DNA from: Macrostomum lignano
Taxonomy: Eukaryota
NCBI GenBank assembly: GCA_002269645.1
Contig: NIVC01000362.1
Location: 186,001-250,000, forward strand
DNA length: 64,000 bases
Reading direction: 5' to 3'
The notes below the pieces were generated by a model. That model saw only the letters and a list, made by a program, of their open reading frames with translations, ran no database searches and was not told the DNA's origin. Positions 21,742 to 41,877 of the stretch are shown in pieces; the stretch's first letter is position 1; each line of letters begins with the position of its first letter. Position numbers and translations under genes: made by a program.

Positions 21742-24445
21742 AGATCTATAACCACTATTAATCTAAAACCCCTTGTAAGCATAGAATTTCCTGAAATGCA
21801 TGTAAGAATATTAAGCTTGAAACTCATTTTTTACGTTTTTTACATTTTCAGACGCATTTTTCATTGAAGCATCTATTAGGGTCCGCTTTTTGGTTCAGCT
21901 CGAATCTCAACCAAGGTAATAAATTCATTTAAGGCCGATCGCAGGTGAATGAACTTGCCATAATTATTGCTCTACATCTCCATCGAATGAAAGCGAAGTG
22001 TTCGCTTTTACTGCCCTTTGTGCCCTCCCCGACATGTACCTCTGTGTGCCCTCCTCCATACCTCGATCTGTTTGCCCTCGGCCCCCATACAGCTGTGCCA
22101 GCTCCGCCATACCGATCGTGCTCTCCCGACCATAGTGTACCTTTGTGCCTTCGCCATATATTCCCGTTAGCCGTCCCGGCTTTTGTCCCGGCTTTTAAAT
22201 TGCAATATAATTTTCTCGGTCAAGCAAAAATAAATGTACGTGTGACTACTTCGAGAGGGGTCTCCTTGGTATGAAAAGAGGTTTTAGACAATCCCACAGT
22301 GCAGTTTGCTGCAGGTTAATCAGTACATTTTAATATGATGGCTGCAGCAATGACCGCAATTTTATGGCTGTTGTAAATTAATTGAAATCTTTCACTAGTA
22401 AACTACACATGTACAAAATGCAGATGATGTACGAGTACATGTACAGGATGTGTTTAGGCAATACAATTACAGCTTCCACAGTCGCTAGGCGTTGGTTAAA
22501 TCATGAACAAAACGATCGATCTTTTAGCGCCTTGCATACGATACAGCTATAACAATACGTATGTGCACGTGTGCATATAAAGCGCCGCTCTCTGGTAGGA
22601 GAGATTTTGTCGCACTGAAGGAGAAGAACTTGCTCTTTCTGGAGTTCTTTGACCAACCTTGACTTCTAATAGATGAATCTCCATCGTAGTTGAGCTGAGA
22701 GCTTTATCTCAATTAATGCCAGCAGCTGCCTGCCTCCCAAATCCCGGATATGTTCCGAAACCCATTTCTTTACATGTGACATGTACATAACGTAGGTCAA
22801 TTTTTATTAATTTTGTCACAGAAAATGAAAAAATACGACTGTTGAATCACATTAGTTTTTCTTATTTTCGCAATCATAGGAGGACTCGATTGCCGCCTGA
22901 AACTTGCATTTTATCAACATCATGTTTCGTTATTACAGCCGTAGTTCAAATATTCTTAGATTAAAACAAATGGTATTCAAAAACTGAAAATGAAGCGGAA
23001 ACACTACGTTAATTGATCACTGAAAATATACAGACATCGCTAACTGTTTCGTATAAAGCAAGGAGCAGGAAATGTAATAATAATATTTAAAAAATTTCTG
23101 TATCACGCGATCTTCGTGATTCAAGTGTTACTGGTGGTGTGATTGATATTGATTGAACTGAATGAATTGTTGGCTGTATACATTCATTGTTTGGTGGCTT
23201 TGTCGATAGAATTTGTGTTGGGCCTTTAGGCCTATTCATAAAAAATCTATCCAGATCCAGACTGACAAGACAATTCAATTCCTAAGCCTAATGCTAATAG
23301 AGCCATTTAGAAGAAGAGCCTTGCCTTGGCTAACAAGTTCAAAGATCTTAGGCATAGACAGGTACATTTTACTGTATTTTAGGAGTTAGCCCTTAAGCCC
23401 AAGGGCACTAATTGCATAAACAGACCCAAACCAAGATTCTAATTTAGCCCCAAATTAATGTGACCACTGATCATACCTAAAATTGAGCTTATGCCACTAG
23501 ATAGCTTAAAAGTGTCTTGTTAAACAAGTAGGTCCAGGTGTAAAGCCTTCCTTTTTTAAATTCTGATGATCAAAGATAAAATAAACCTATAGGCTATATA
23601 GATTTCATACCTGAAACTTAATAATAACAAGCTTTTATTTATTTTTTATTTAGTATCTAGGGCTATCAGTAATGACAGGCTCTTTGAGGCTTACCTTGTT
23701 TTTTTAAAGAACTAATTTGGAAATTTAAATATCTTACATTTGATACTATTTACACTTAGCTAGTTAACTAGCTATTAACACTAGCCATGCTTAAAGATAT
23801 AATGCCATGGCCATTTCTATAATCTAAAAACTTATAGAAATGGTAGCCGTGTCCCTAATAATGACTAGGCCTATACTTATAGACATAGGCTATGTCATTA
23901 ATACTGAATGAGTTCACACTTAGACAGAGAATGGCCATGTTGCTAATATAGATTCTATTTGACACTGAAGATGGTGACAGTCTATTGCCAAAACTTAAAG
24001 CAATGATACCATTTATGCTTACATGGCAGACCTGCCTATAAGCTCTAACAGTAATAAACATGGCTACTATTTCTATAAGTACTCAGACACTATTATCAAT
24101 TGATGCTAAAGACAAAGACAATTTGCAATACAGTTTTACAAAGTTAGGCCTAATATTAATAATTAATATCAAATCAATATCAAAAGCTTTAATTATTTTG
24201 TATTTTAAAGTATATTCTTAATATCATAAATATGCAAAATGGCAGTTACTGAAATGTATAGAAGCCTAGGGTAGGGCCTAGTATCATTTTAATAGTTGCC
24301 CATGATTTTATATGCAAGTTAAAGTAATGCAATAAACTGAACAATTTGGCAGAAAACATAAGAGACAAGTCAAACCCTTGTTTAATGATTTATAATTCTG
24401 TTTTTTCATGTGCAACTCAAATCCTGGTTTCTAAGTCAAATCACA

Positions 24446-27086
24446 ATGTTGTCATCAAGCAAAGCAGATGCAGAGACTTGGGATGCCAAATCTCTCTGCC
24501 TCTTGATGCTGGCTGTTGCAGTTCTTATCCCTGCAGCACCCCCATTTCTATTGCTATGGTTCATTATTCGCCTGGTGTCAATCTTTATGCCATTTAAATT
24601 GTACAATTACCTCGATGAGAAGTTGTACTCATCTTATCAATGGACTGTATTGTTTTTTTATGAGTATCTGGCTCAGACTAAGGTAACTACTATCCATTGT
24701 AGTTGGGCCTTATTGTTGCATTGAACTGTCAAATATCACTGTACTATAAAGTTTATTATTTTTTCCCACAGATAATTCTTTATGGCGACAGCATTGATGA
24801 TTTGTTCAAGAAGAAGGAGCGAGTACTGTACTTTTCTAATCATCAGTCTTCAGGTATGTTAATATTTGTTTATGATATAATGCTTTATGCATAGTATTCT
24901 TTGTGTTGTCTGTCTGCCTACCTAACACTGTCATTGATAGATAAGATTTTCTACATTAAAATGTTTGCACTTTGTTCTAAGAAAACTTTGAACTTCAACT
25001 CGAACTTAAAACAATTTAATCATTTTTTCTGAATTCCAAAAGGCAAAGTTTACTGTTCAAACTTGACTAATTTTGCTAGATTCAGCTTAAGTTCAGACAT
25101 TGAATAAAGTTCTCAATTATAATTCACTCATTGTTTCAGTCGACTGGATCATCACGGACATGCTGATTGCTCGCCAGGGTGGCATTGGGCGGTCGCGCTA
25201 TCTGCTTAAAAACGAATTAAAGTACATACCGTACTATGGCTACTATTTCTATCAGGTGAGAACACTATCTTCCAATTCTATCGTTTTCATACAAGCTAAA
25301 TGCATTGAACTTTTGTGAGTTGCTGTTAAGGCTACGAGCCTCCCAGATCCGCAGTTGCTAGACCAGCCTCAGATCCTCGGTTGCTGGGCCAGCCTCCCAG
25401 ATCCCCAGTTGCTAGGCCAGCCTCCCAGATCCCCAGTTGCTAGGCCAGCTTCCCAGATCCTCCGTTCCTGGGCCAGCCTCCCAGATCCCCAGTTGCTAGG
25501 CCAGCCTCCCAGATCCCCAGTTGCTAGGCCAGCCTCCCAGATGCCCAGTTGCTAGGCCAGCCTCCCAGATCCCCAGTTGCTGGGCCAGCCTCTCAGATCC
25601 CCAGTTGCTAGGCCAGCCTCATTCCCCATACAGCCCGCTGCCCCCATTCCAATTCGCAGCACGGGTGCATATTCGTCAATCGCAGCGAATTCAAAGCCGA
25701 TCAAGCTGTCCGCTCGCTGATATCGCTCGAAGCCAACAACACCAATTCCTGGGTGATCATCTTTCCGGAGGGCACCCGGATTAACTATGATAAACCGGCG
25801 GTGATTAAAAAGTCTCAGGAATTTGCCACCAGCCACGGGCTGCAGCCGCTGCGCTACCACCTGACTCCGCGTGTTAAAGGCACCTACCTGACTCTCAACA
25901 CTCTGGCTAACTATTTTGACGCAGTGTATGACATCACCATCGCTTATGAGGGCTTCACCGGTGGTAAAAATGTGCCACAGCTGTTCTCCTGGTTTAAACG
26001 GCGTCGCACGCTGCATATTCATCTGCGTAGACTGCCTATGGATCTGGTGCCCAGGCGAAATCAGGAGGAGGTGGCCAGCTGGCTGCATGGAGTCTTCGCT
26101 GAGAAAGACAGGTTGGTTTCATTTCATTCCCTGTGTCTCATCTCCCCGATCCCTGTGTCTCATCTCCCCATTCCCTGTGTCTCATCTCCCCATTCCCTGT
26201 GTCTCATCTCCCCATTCCCTGTGTCTCATCTCCCCGATCCCTGTGTCTCATCTCCCCGATCCCTGTGTCTCATCTCCCCATTCCTTGTGTCTCATCTCCC
26301 CATTCCCTGGTCTCTCATCTCCCCATTCCCTGTGTCTCATCTCCCCGATCCCTGTGTCTCATCTCCCCATTCCCTGGTCTCTCATCTCCCCATTCCCTGT
26401 GTCTCATCTCCCCATTCCCTGGTCTCTCATCTCCCCATTCCCTGGTCTCTCATTTCCCCATTCCCTGTGTCTCATCTCCCCATTCCCTGTGTCTCATCTC
26501 CCCATTCCCTGTGTCTCATCTCCCCATTCCCTGGTCTCTCATCTCCCCATTCCCTGGTCTCTCATCTCCCCATTCCCTGTGTCTCATCTCCCCATTCCCT
26601 GTGTCCCATCTCCCCATTCCCTGTGTCTCATCTCCCCATTCCCTGGTCTCTCATCTCCCCATTCCCTGTGTCTCATCTCCCCATTCCCTGGTCTCTCATC
26701 TCCCCATTCCCTGTATCTCTCATCTCCCCATTCCCTGGTCTCTCATCTCCCCATTCCCTGTGTCTCATCTCCCCATTCCCTGGTCTCTCATCTCCCCATT
26801 CCCTGTATCTCTCATCTCCCCATTCTGTCTCATCCCCTAGTCAGTCCAGACTAACAGTCAGCCCCGCTCCCTGTGCAGAATGATGTCCGAATTCAACGAA
26901 ACCGGCCGCTTTGCCGGTCCGTCCAAAGTGTCGCGATTGCCGCTGAGCCGCCTTCTACCCGCCACGGCGTTCATTTTGGCTCTGATTGGCAATTTTTGGC
27001 TGGCCGATTTCGGCTTAAGAATGTACCTAGGCACCATGCTGCTGGGCGGGATAGTGTCCATTGTCTACGCTATGTTTGTTATCTAA
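24446..27086 (+). CDS. AGPAT5: 1-acyl-sn-glycerol-3-phosphate acyltransferase epsilon (LPAAT5), 5 exons, 364 aa
   Basis: Exons 24446-24682, 24772-24853, 25140-25255, 25660-26111, 26879-27086; all GT-AG, phases compatible, 1095 nt in total. Motifs NHQSSVD (HX4D), RYLLKNELKYIPYYG, IIFPEGTR, LTPRVKGT, FDAVYDITIAY, WLHGVFAEKDR match AGPAT5. Confidence 0.95.
25338..25620. repeat. 28-bp minisatellite in AGPAT5 intron 3
   Basis: Unit gccagcctcccagatccccagttgctag, about 10 copies. Confidence 0.95.
26125..26830. repeat. 22-23-bp pyrimidine-rich minisatellite filling AGPAT5 intron 4
   Basis: Unit ccctgtgtctcatctccccatt, about 31 copies. Confidence 0.97.
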
Positions 27087-27589
27087 CTGATTCGGGAATG
27101 GACTTAGGCAGGATGAGAGTAGAATTTAATGCGATTTAGGAAAGTTAGATTAAAGAGAATTTATAGGGAAACTAGAGGTCTTGTTGAAATGATGCACACA
27201 CATCAACATCAATAAGTTACACTCTGTATGTCTATCTTTTTTTCGCGAATAATCCATGTCTACGAACAAAACGTATTACAATACAATATTGATTGCTTGA
27301 TCTACCTTATCTAGTTTCTTATTTATAGTTTAACAAAGTGTAATTGATTTTAGTACCAAAGTATAGCCTCTAAACTAATAAATTAAAAATATCATTTTGT
27401 AATTTAAAACCCTCGAATTTCTCCCTCAGCTTCTTTCTTCATTGTTTTTTAGTAGTTTTGTTTCAAGTTAGATTTTTCCTCAGAAACAAAAATTATTGGT
27501 TTTTCAATCAGTATCTATTTTCCTTAATAAAACGCGTTGCTGTTTTGTCTACGACTTCATCTAGGAACTGCTATGTCGAATTTAGATTG

Positions 27590-27732
27590 TTGACCAGTAG
27601 GCTGATACACATGTTGGCTACTATAAGTAGACTGATTCAGATATTGCTTACTATAAGTAGGCTTATTCAGGTATTTTCTACTATGAGTAGGCTGATTAAG
27701 GTATCGTCTACTATAAGTAGGCTGATTCAGAT
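27590..27732. repeat. About 33-bp degenerate tandem repeat, roughly 4 copies
   Basis: ctactataagtaggctgattcag-type units. Confidence 0.75.
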
Positions 27733-29590
27733 AAGCAAAATGTGAAATTCCAAATAGTTCCGTCTACTTCCAAGTCTTAGTTGTGTTTTTTTGTGTCGCC
27801 CAGATTTTTGCCCTCCTTACTAAGCTATCCGTTATAACCGAAAGTTAAATTTCGTTCGGCACACATCGAACTTCTCTAGTGGTATTTTTTAATTTGTTTG
27901 TTTTCTGGTTAGTTGTCTTTTTTCAATTTGATTTAACGAGCGCTCGTCAAGTTCCCTCACTCAGTGGTCGTCAAAAATAAAAAACACTACTGCTTTCTCT
28001 AAAGCTGTTTAATCTGCTTGGTTTCCTCCACTTTTGGGGAATCATGTGTTTTTATACTGTTTTGTTTTTTGATATTTTTATAGTTTTCACCAATTGCTTC
28101 CGCTTTTAACTATAAAAATGTCGTTTATGGCCGCGAATCCGTACTACTTGTAGTAGAAAGCAGGTGACTCGCGGGTTTTTCCTTTAATTAACCTCACTTT
28201 AATTTTACAATAATTAAAATTAAAATATATATTTTTCAATTATTTTAAGTCTCACAGGAAGTGCAAACAATAGCAATTAAGTCGTGACTTTAAAGTATTT
28301 AATTTCTATCTTAGAAATAAATAAGCCCTGATTTGTTTCATATTCTGTGTTTGACTATATCTCGAATATTTTGTTTCGTCCTACCTTGCTTTTAGTTGAA
28401 TTCTATTATTATTAGTCATAATATCAAGCATCTAAGTTTGACTTCTAAGAATTGTAAATTTTATTTGTTTTTCATATCAGCTTCAACTTGTTTATTTGCG
28501 CTACTTTCTACTTGCCATCAGTAGAGTAGCTTGAATTTATAGTTTTAAATTTACTTGACTTTGTTTGTAATTTTCTGGTTTATTCATAACAAATTTGTAT
28601 AAAATATGCTGTATTATATAATTATACCATTTGCTAAATTTTCTTGCTGTTTAGTCATTTTTGTAAGGTCTACTTTTTTCAATTAAAAAATAATCGCTTT
28701 TTTTAGCGTGTGCTACTATATATAAAGAATTACTTTGCAGTCAGCTAAGCCTATATCAAACAATATATCAGATAATTGAGTAGCTATCCTCCTAAATTTC
28801 TCATTAATGTGCTGCTGGCTTGCAATCAATTGGTTTAAAAACTATTAGCAGTGGGGAAATACAAAAAGTATCAATAATTAATAAATTTTTACTTTGATTT
28901 AATTGATAGAATTATTTACTGTCTTTTTCCAAAGCTGGAATATTTGATTTTATAATTGGATTCTTTCATTTTGTTAATTTTTAGATGCAAACAACAACAA
29001 AGCAACGAGAAGTCATATTAAATTACTGACACCAATCACGATACCATAAAACATAAGCTCAAACGCACACTGTACCAATTTTATTTTAAATATAATAAAT
29101 CAGTTTGGCATGAAAATGACTAACAAAATAATTCTTGTTTTTAAATTCAAATAAATTATCTGTTTGGTAAAATTATGTCAACATTTTGACAAACGCAAAA
29201 ATATGGCAAATTAGTTATTTTTGCAGCTGCATTTTTAATGCTGTTTGTGAGAGGCCAGGCCAATAGAGTCAATAATTTACGAAACAGGTCGAGGAAGGCA
29301 GAAAGTCATGGAATTGAAAGCAGAAATGATGATATATAAATGTATAGTTATCACATCAAACCTTGCAAAACAGAATTAATTAAATAATTAACTGAAATCA
29401 AAATTAATTGCAAATAATGCAAATAAACAGACAGACAGACAAACCTACTGCAAGTAAGTAGAGTGTAAAGTGTATGCTTCCTTTTTTCTGTTTTACAACA
29501 ACAAAATAATAATTAAAGAAACAGATACGGCAGGTAAATCCGATAAATTAATTAATAATAAACTAAACTAAATAAACTAAAATATAAAAT

Positions 29591-32558
29591 TCAGACATCG
29601 AATATGCCTCTCCTGATGGCCACACTGGTTGTGTCAGGTCCGTTTCTAAGCGCGTCGGCAGCCGCCACCAGAGATTTCGTGTCGCCTACGCTGGCCGCTC
29701 TGTGCATCTGTAGGCGCTGCTGGCCAGATGCGCCGCTATAAACATTGCTATTAGGAGTTGGGAAGTGCGCAAATGTAGGCGGAAACGTGGGTAGCGGTAC
29801 CGTCATGTAGTACGAGGTTGATCCCGTCTGAAAAGATTAATTAAATAATCATTTATTCTAAACAAGAGTAATTATGAACCTAACATCGCTATTAAGTCAC
29901 TCCAAATCGAAATTAAAATTCACTCTACACTCTAAACCCTCGATAATGAGTCACTCTAAACCATCGATAATGAGTCACTCTAAACCATCGATAATGAGTC
30001 ACTCTAAACCATCGATAATGAGTCACTCTAAACCCTCGATAATGAGTCACTCTAAACCCTCGATAATGAGTCACTTTAAACCATCGATAATGAGTCACTC
30101 TAAACCCTCGATAATGAGTCACTCCAAACCCTCGATAATGAGTCACTCTAAACCCTCGATAATGAGTCACTTTAAACCCAGATAATGAGTCACTCTAAAC
30201 TCTCGATAATGAGTCACTTTAAACCCAGATAATGAGTCACTCTAAACTCTCGATAATGAGTCACTCTAAACCATCGATAATGAGTCACTCTAAACCATCG
30301 ATAATGAGTCACTCTAAACCATCGATAATGAGTCACTCTAAACCCTCGATAATGAGTCACTCTAAACCACCGATAATGAGTCACTCTAAACCCTCGATAA
30401 TGAGTCACTCTAAACCCTCGATAATGAGTCACTCTAAACCCTCGATAATGAGTCACTCTAAACCATCGATAATGAGTCACTCTAAACTCTCGATAATGAG
30501 TCACTCTAAACCCTCGATAATGAGTCACTCTAAACCATCGATAATGAGTCACTTTAAACCCAGATAATGAGTCACTCTAAACCCTCGATAATGAGTCACT
30601 CTAAACCCTCGATAATGAGTCACTCTAAACCATCGATAATGAGTCACTCTAAACCATCGATAATGAGTCACTCTAAACTCTCGATAATGAGTCACTCTAA
30701 ACCCTCGATAATGAGTCACTCTAAACCATCGATAATGAGTCACTCTAAACCATCGATAATGAGTCACTCTAAACCATCGATAATGAGTCACTCTAAACCA
30801 TCGATAATGAGTCACTCTAAACCATCGATAATGAGTCACTATAAACCATCGATAATGAGTCACTATAAACCATCGATAATGAGTCACTCTAAACCATCGA
30901 TAATGAGTCACTCTAAACCCTCGATAATGAGTCACTCTAAACCACCGATAATGAGTCACTCTAAACCCTCGATAATGAGTCACTCTAAACCCTCGATAAT
31001 GAGTCACTCTAAACCCTCGATAATGAGTCACTCTAAACTATCGATAATGAGTCACTCTAAACCCTCGATAATGAGTCACTCTAAACCCTCGATAATGGGT
31101 CACTCTAAACCATCGATAATGAGTCACTCTAAACCATCGATAATGAGTCACTCTAAACCCTCGATAATAAGTCACTCTAAACCATCGATAATGAGTCACT
31201 CTAAACCCAGATAATGAGTCACTCTAAACCATCGATAATGAGTCACTTTAAACCCAGATAATGAGTCACTTTAAACCCAGATAATGAGTCACTTTAAACC
31301 CAGATAATGAGTCACTTTAAACCCAGATAATGAATCACTTTAAACCCAGATAATGAGTCACTTTAAACCCAGATAATGAGTCACTTTAAACCCAGATAAT
31401 GAGTCACTCTAAACCCTCGATAATGAGTCACTTTAAACCCAGATAATGAGTCACTCTAGACCCTTGATAATCACTAAACCCTCGATAATAAAGCCTAATA
31501 AACGGTATCCATAAGCCTTACCTGAGCCTGACTGGCAGGTAATTCATCATCCAGCAGAGTGCCTCCGGCTGCAGCATCCTCATCTGTTAAATAAGCATCC
31601 GGCCTTGCTCGCAGCATTCTCACAGCAATTTCGCATTCGGTTTTGCATCGTTCCCGATCGATTTTGAGCCGTTCGACAGTCTGCTCAGCCTCGGCCAGTT
31701 TAGTCTCTGAGCTGGCTAATTTATCTAGCAGAGTTCGCTGCTCGGCATCGAACTTGCCGGCTAAGTCTAACAGTTTCTCTTCTAGGCCGGCGTTTACTCG
31801 GCTAAGCCGTTTGTGCGACTCCAATAGGCGGTCGTAGCGATCGCGCAGTCTGGCCAGATCCTCGGTCTGGCGCTCCGAGTCGGAGCGGCGCGAGTCTCGC
31901 TCGCTGGCCAAGTCAGACTCTAGACGGCTAAGGCACTGGCGTTGATCGCGTAGTCGGCGTTGCAGCTCTTCGATTTGATGGTGATAGTCCAGGCTGGGGT
32001 TGGGGGAGGGCGGTTCAAGCTTGAATTATATAATTAAATCATAATTTACCAACTGATAAGAGACTGGCGGCTGGCGAAATTAGATAAGGAATTGACAATT
32101 GCAAGACAAAAAATGGGTAGCGGACTACGATTAAAGTGAAATAGCGGCTTTATAAAAGATCAAAGGAACCTAAATTCGGTATTTAATACGATTCAAACTG
32201 AATGGCGGCATCATGAAAGATCAAAAGAACTGAACGGCGGCATCATGAAAGATCAAAGGAACTGAATGGCGGCATCATGAAATATCAAAAGAACTGAATG
32301 GCGGCATCATGAAAAATCAAAAGAACTGAACGGCGGCATCATGAAAGATCAAAGGAACTGAATGGCGGCATCATGAAATATCAAAAGAACTGAATGGCGG
32401 CATCATGAAAAATCAAAAGAACTGAATGGCGGCATCATGAAAGATCAAAAATAAAAATAATAATTTGTGAATAAAACTCACTTATGACTACTGGAACAAT
32501 TGTGACACACACAGCCGCATTCGTAGCACTTTCCGGTAGATGTTCTGCCAGCAGACAT
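29591..32558 (-). CDS. TJAP1 (PILT)/BEGAIN-family coiled-coil protein, about 261-268 aa
   Basis: Exons 32558-32482 (MSAGRTSTGKCYECGCVCHNC), optional 21-nt 32070-32050, 31993-31522, 29827-29591; phases compatible. EDLARLRDRYDRLLESHKRLSRVNAGLEEKL...RERCKTECEIAVRML aligns by eye with TJAP1 EELDKFKDKFRRLQNSYTASQRTNQELEDKL...NERYRLDCNLAVQLL. Confidence 0.75.
29925..31490. repeat. 24-bp minisatellite in the last intron of the TJAP1-like gene
   Basis: Unit gataatgagtcactctaaaccatc, about 65 copies. Confidence 0.98.
32196..32450. repeat. 31-bp minisatellite in intron 1 of the TJAP1-like gene
   Basis: Unit aaagaactgaatggcggcatcatgaaagatc, about 8 copies. Confidence 0.95.
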
Positions 32559-33594
32559 TGCTTTAGCAATTGCTTAGCGGAGGTTCAGTTGTCTGAAGTG
32601 ACGAAATATGCATTAATAATTTTAATACAAGACAAACGGTGTGCAGTTTAAGTGTAATACAGCTTTGAAGACAAAAAAACATTAAGAAACACTGCCAAGT
32701 ATGTTTGCCATAAGGATAAAGTTTTAAAGTTATGAAATATATTTAATTTTTTTCAAACTCTAGGGAAAAGTTTATTTACAAGGTGGACAAAAGGACTTAA
32801 ATGGCGCCTAATACAGCAAGCGCTAAAGGAGGCTATTCTAATAAAAATTAAATTATCTACGTGAATTAATATTGATTATATTATTGCACTGATCTGCAAG
32901 ATTTATCAGTAGATTTTGCTGCTATAAAAATTTAAAAAATGTTTGTGTAAAAATGGGTTTCGGCAGTCACTTTCCGGATGCGCAAAACGAGCGAGGAAAA
33001 GGCCTAGCGCTAATTGTTTATTGTTTTGTTGCATTCAAAAAGTGAAACTAATTTATAAAGTAGATTTTAAAAGATAAATTCCGATAAAATATGTACAAGC
33101 ATTAGTAAAAATATTAATTATTCAGGATTATATGATTATATAAATATTGTAGCAGCCTGGCGTGCAGGATTAGAAATCTATCAATTATTAATATATACAT
33201 GATAAGTTTAGAAAAATAGTGCAGGTCACATGGAGACAATTAGGCTATATACTCGTATAGGCAAAATATTAATAAATATTTCAATACATAGTGAATTTAT
33301 TCAATATTTAATCTTTAATTTTTAGTCTTTTGTGCAAGACTCGCGCCTTGCACAAAAGCTAAGGAACAGGACAAAAAGCCTTAACAAGCTAAATAAAGCT
33401 ACTATGAAGGATAGGATTAAAAATATTAACTTCTCCGTAATAGAAAACATCTGAGAATAATATAGCATGAGCAGAAGCAACTAATAAATATATTGGTGCC
33501 AAAACCAGAAACAAGAATTGAGAATAGCCCATAAATCTGTTGAACATTGCGCAAACAAAAATGAACTAGATCAACGGAATCGGGTCTGTCAGTT

Positions 33595-34912
33595 CTAGTG
33601 TCTGCCAGTGTCTGTCTGCCAGTGTCTGTCTGTCTGTCAATGTCTGTTTGCCAGTGTCTGTCTGTCTGTCAATGTCTGTTTGCCATTGTCTGTCTGCCAG
33701 TGTCTGTCTGTCTGTCAATGTCTGTCTGCTAGTGTCTGTCTGCCAGTGTCTGTCTGTCTGTCTGTCTGCCAGTGTCTGTCTGTCAATGTCTGTCTGCTAG
33801 TGTCTGTCTGCCAGTGTCTGTCTGTCAATGTCTGTCTGCTAGTGTCTGTCTGCCAGTGTCTGTCTGTCTGTCTGTCTGTCTGCCAGTGTCTGTCTGTCAA
33901 TGTCTGTCTGCTAGTGTCTGTCTGCCAGTGTCTGTCTGTCAATGTCTGTCTGCCAGTGTCTGTCTGCCAGTGTCTGTCTGCCAGTGTCTGTCTGCCAGTG
34001 TCTGTCTGCCAGTGTCTGTCTGTCAGTGTCTGTCTGCCAGTGTCTGTCTGCCAGTGTCTGTCTGCCAGTGTCTGTCTGTCAATGTCTGTCTGCCAGTGTC
34101 TGTCTGCCAGTGTCTGTCTGTCAATGTCTGTCTGTCAGTGTCTGTCTGTCAGTGTCTGTCTGCCAGTGTCTGTCTGTCAATGTCTGTCTGCCAGTGTCTG
34201 TCTGCCAGTGTCTGTTTGTCAATGTCTGTCTGCCAGTGTCTGTCTGTCAATGTCTGTCTGCTAGTGTCTGTCTGCCAGTGTCTGTCTGTCAATGTCTGTC
34301 TGCTAGTGTCTGTCTGCCAGTGTCTGTCTGTCAATGTCTGTCTGCCAGTGTCTGTCTGCCAGTGTCTGTCTGTCAATGTCTGTCTGCCAGTGTCTGTCTG
34401 CCAGTGTCTGTCTGTCAATGTCTGTCTGCCAGTGTCTGTCTGTCAATGTCTGTTTGCCAGTGTCTGTCTGTCTGCCATTGTCTGTCTGCCAGTGTCTGTT
34501 TGTCAATGTCTGTCTGCCAGTGTCTGTCTGTCAATGTCTGTCTGCCAGTGTCTGTCTGTCAATGTCTGTCTGCTAGTGTCTGTCTGCCAGTGTCTGTCTG
34601 CCAGTGTCTGTCTGTCAATGTCTGTTTGCCAGTGTCTGTCTGTCTGCCATTGTCTGTCTGCCAGTGTCTGTTTGTCAATGTCTGTCTGCTAGTGTCTGTC
34701 TGCCAGTGTCTGTCTGCCAGTGTCTGTCTGTCAATGTCTGTTTGCCAGTGTCTGTCTGTCTGCCATTGTCTGTCTGCCAGTGTCTGTTTGTCAATGTCTG
34801 TCTGCCAGTGTCTGTCTGTCAATGTCTGTCTGCCAGTGTCTGTCTGTCAATGTCTGTCTGCCAGTGTCTGTCTGCCAGTGTCTGTCTGTCAATGTCTGTC
34901 TGCCAGTGTCTG
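33595..34912. repeat. CTGT-based compound micro/minisatellite (14-bp tgccagtgtctgtc and variants)
   Basis: Directly visible; lies between SHOC2 and the TJAP1-like gene. Confidence 0.97.
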
Positions 34913-35504
34913 TCCTATCGACTTGTCCAATATGTAACAAAGTGTAATGGTTTATTATAACCAGCTTCTAAAGAATTGATGCAATTGATTAAAAAACAGT
35001 GTTTAAAGTTTAGCATACAGGTATAAGCATAGCTTAATTAATAAACTGCATGCATAAAGTTCTGAGCAATTTCTTACGCTATGATTATAATCTTAATTTC
35101 ACGACACAAGTCAAATACGACAGAGTCATCTTAAAGCGATTGCACATTTAAAATAAAAATTTTATAGTGTAAATCGGCAAAAAATTGTCAAACAAAAGCC
35201 TGCAATAAACTACTAAATATAAGTAATGTAGTTAGTGTATGACCGGTAAACAAAAATTAAATAGTTTAACAAATTTTCAAGGCCGGTGCCAATTTCTTGG
35301 TTACGGTAGATTTTCCGATTTTTTAAATAGTCATTTTTGCAAAAAATCGCTAAGTTTCTTTACTTGCTACTGATAGTAAGCAAGATGAAGTAGAGTATTA
35401 TTTTTTAGAATCTACAAAAACGGAATAAATGTTATGAATTGAAACAAAGCATAAATATTGTCGTAGAAGCTGTTCTCAAAAGACAGCTTAGCTCAAATAG
35501 ATTG

Positions 35505-41786
<6,282 letters not shown>

Positions 41787-41877
41787 TGCTGAGCTACTAA
41801 GACGCAAACCCTTGTGTTCGGCTGGTTTGATATAGAAACTGAAATATGAAGGAGTGTGTGGATAAGGGGAGGGTTAG

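Noticed and set aside
23280-24200. Decayed L1/Tx1 reverse transcriptase
   Set aside because: Only faint fragmentary resemblances (e.g. LSIDAK); no convincing ordered RT motifs.
25552-26088. 178-aa minus-strand ORF
   Set aside because: Antisense shadow of AGPAT5 exon 4.
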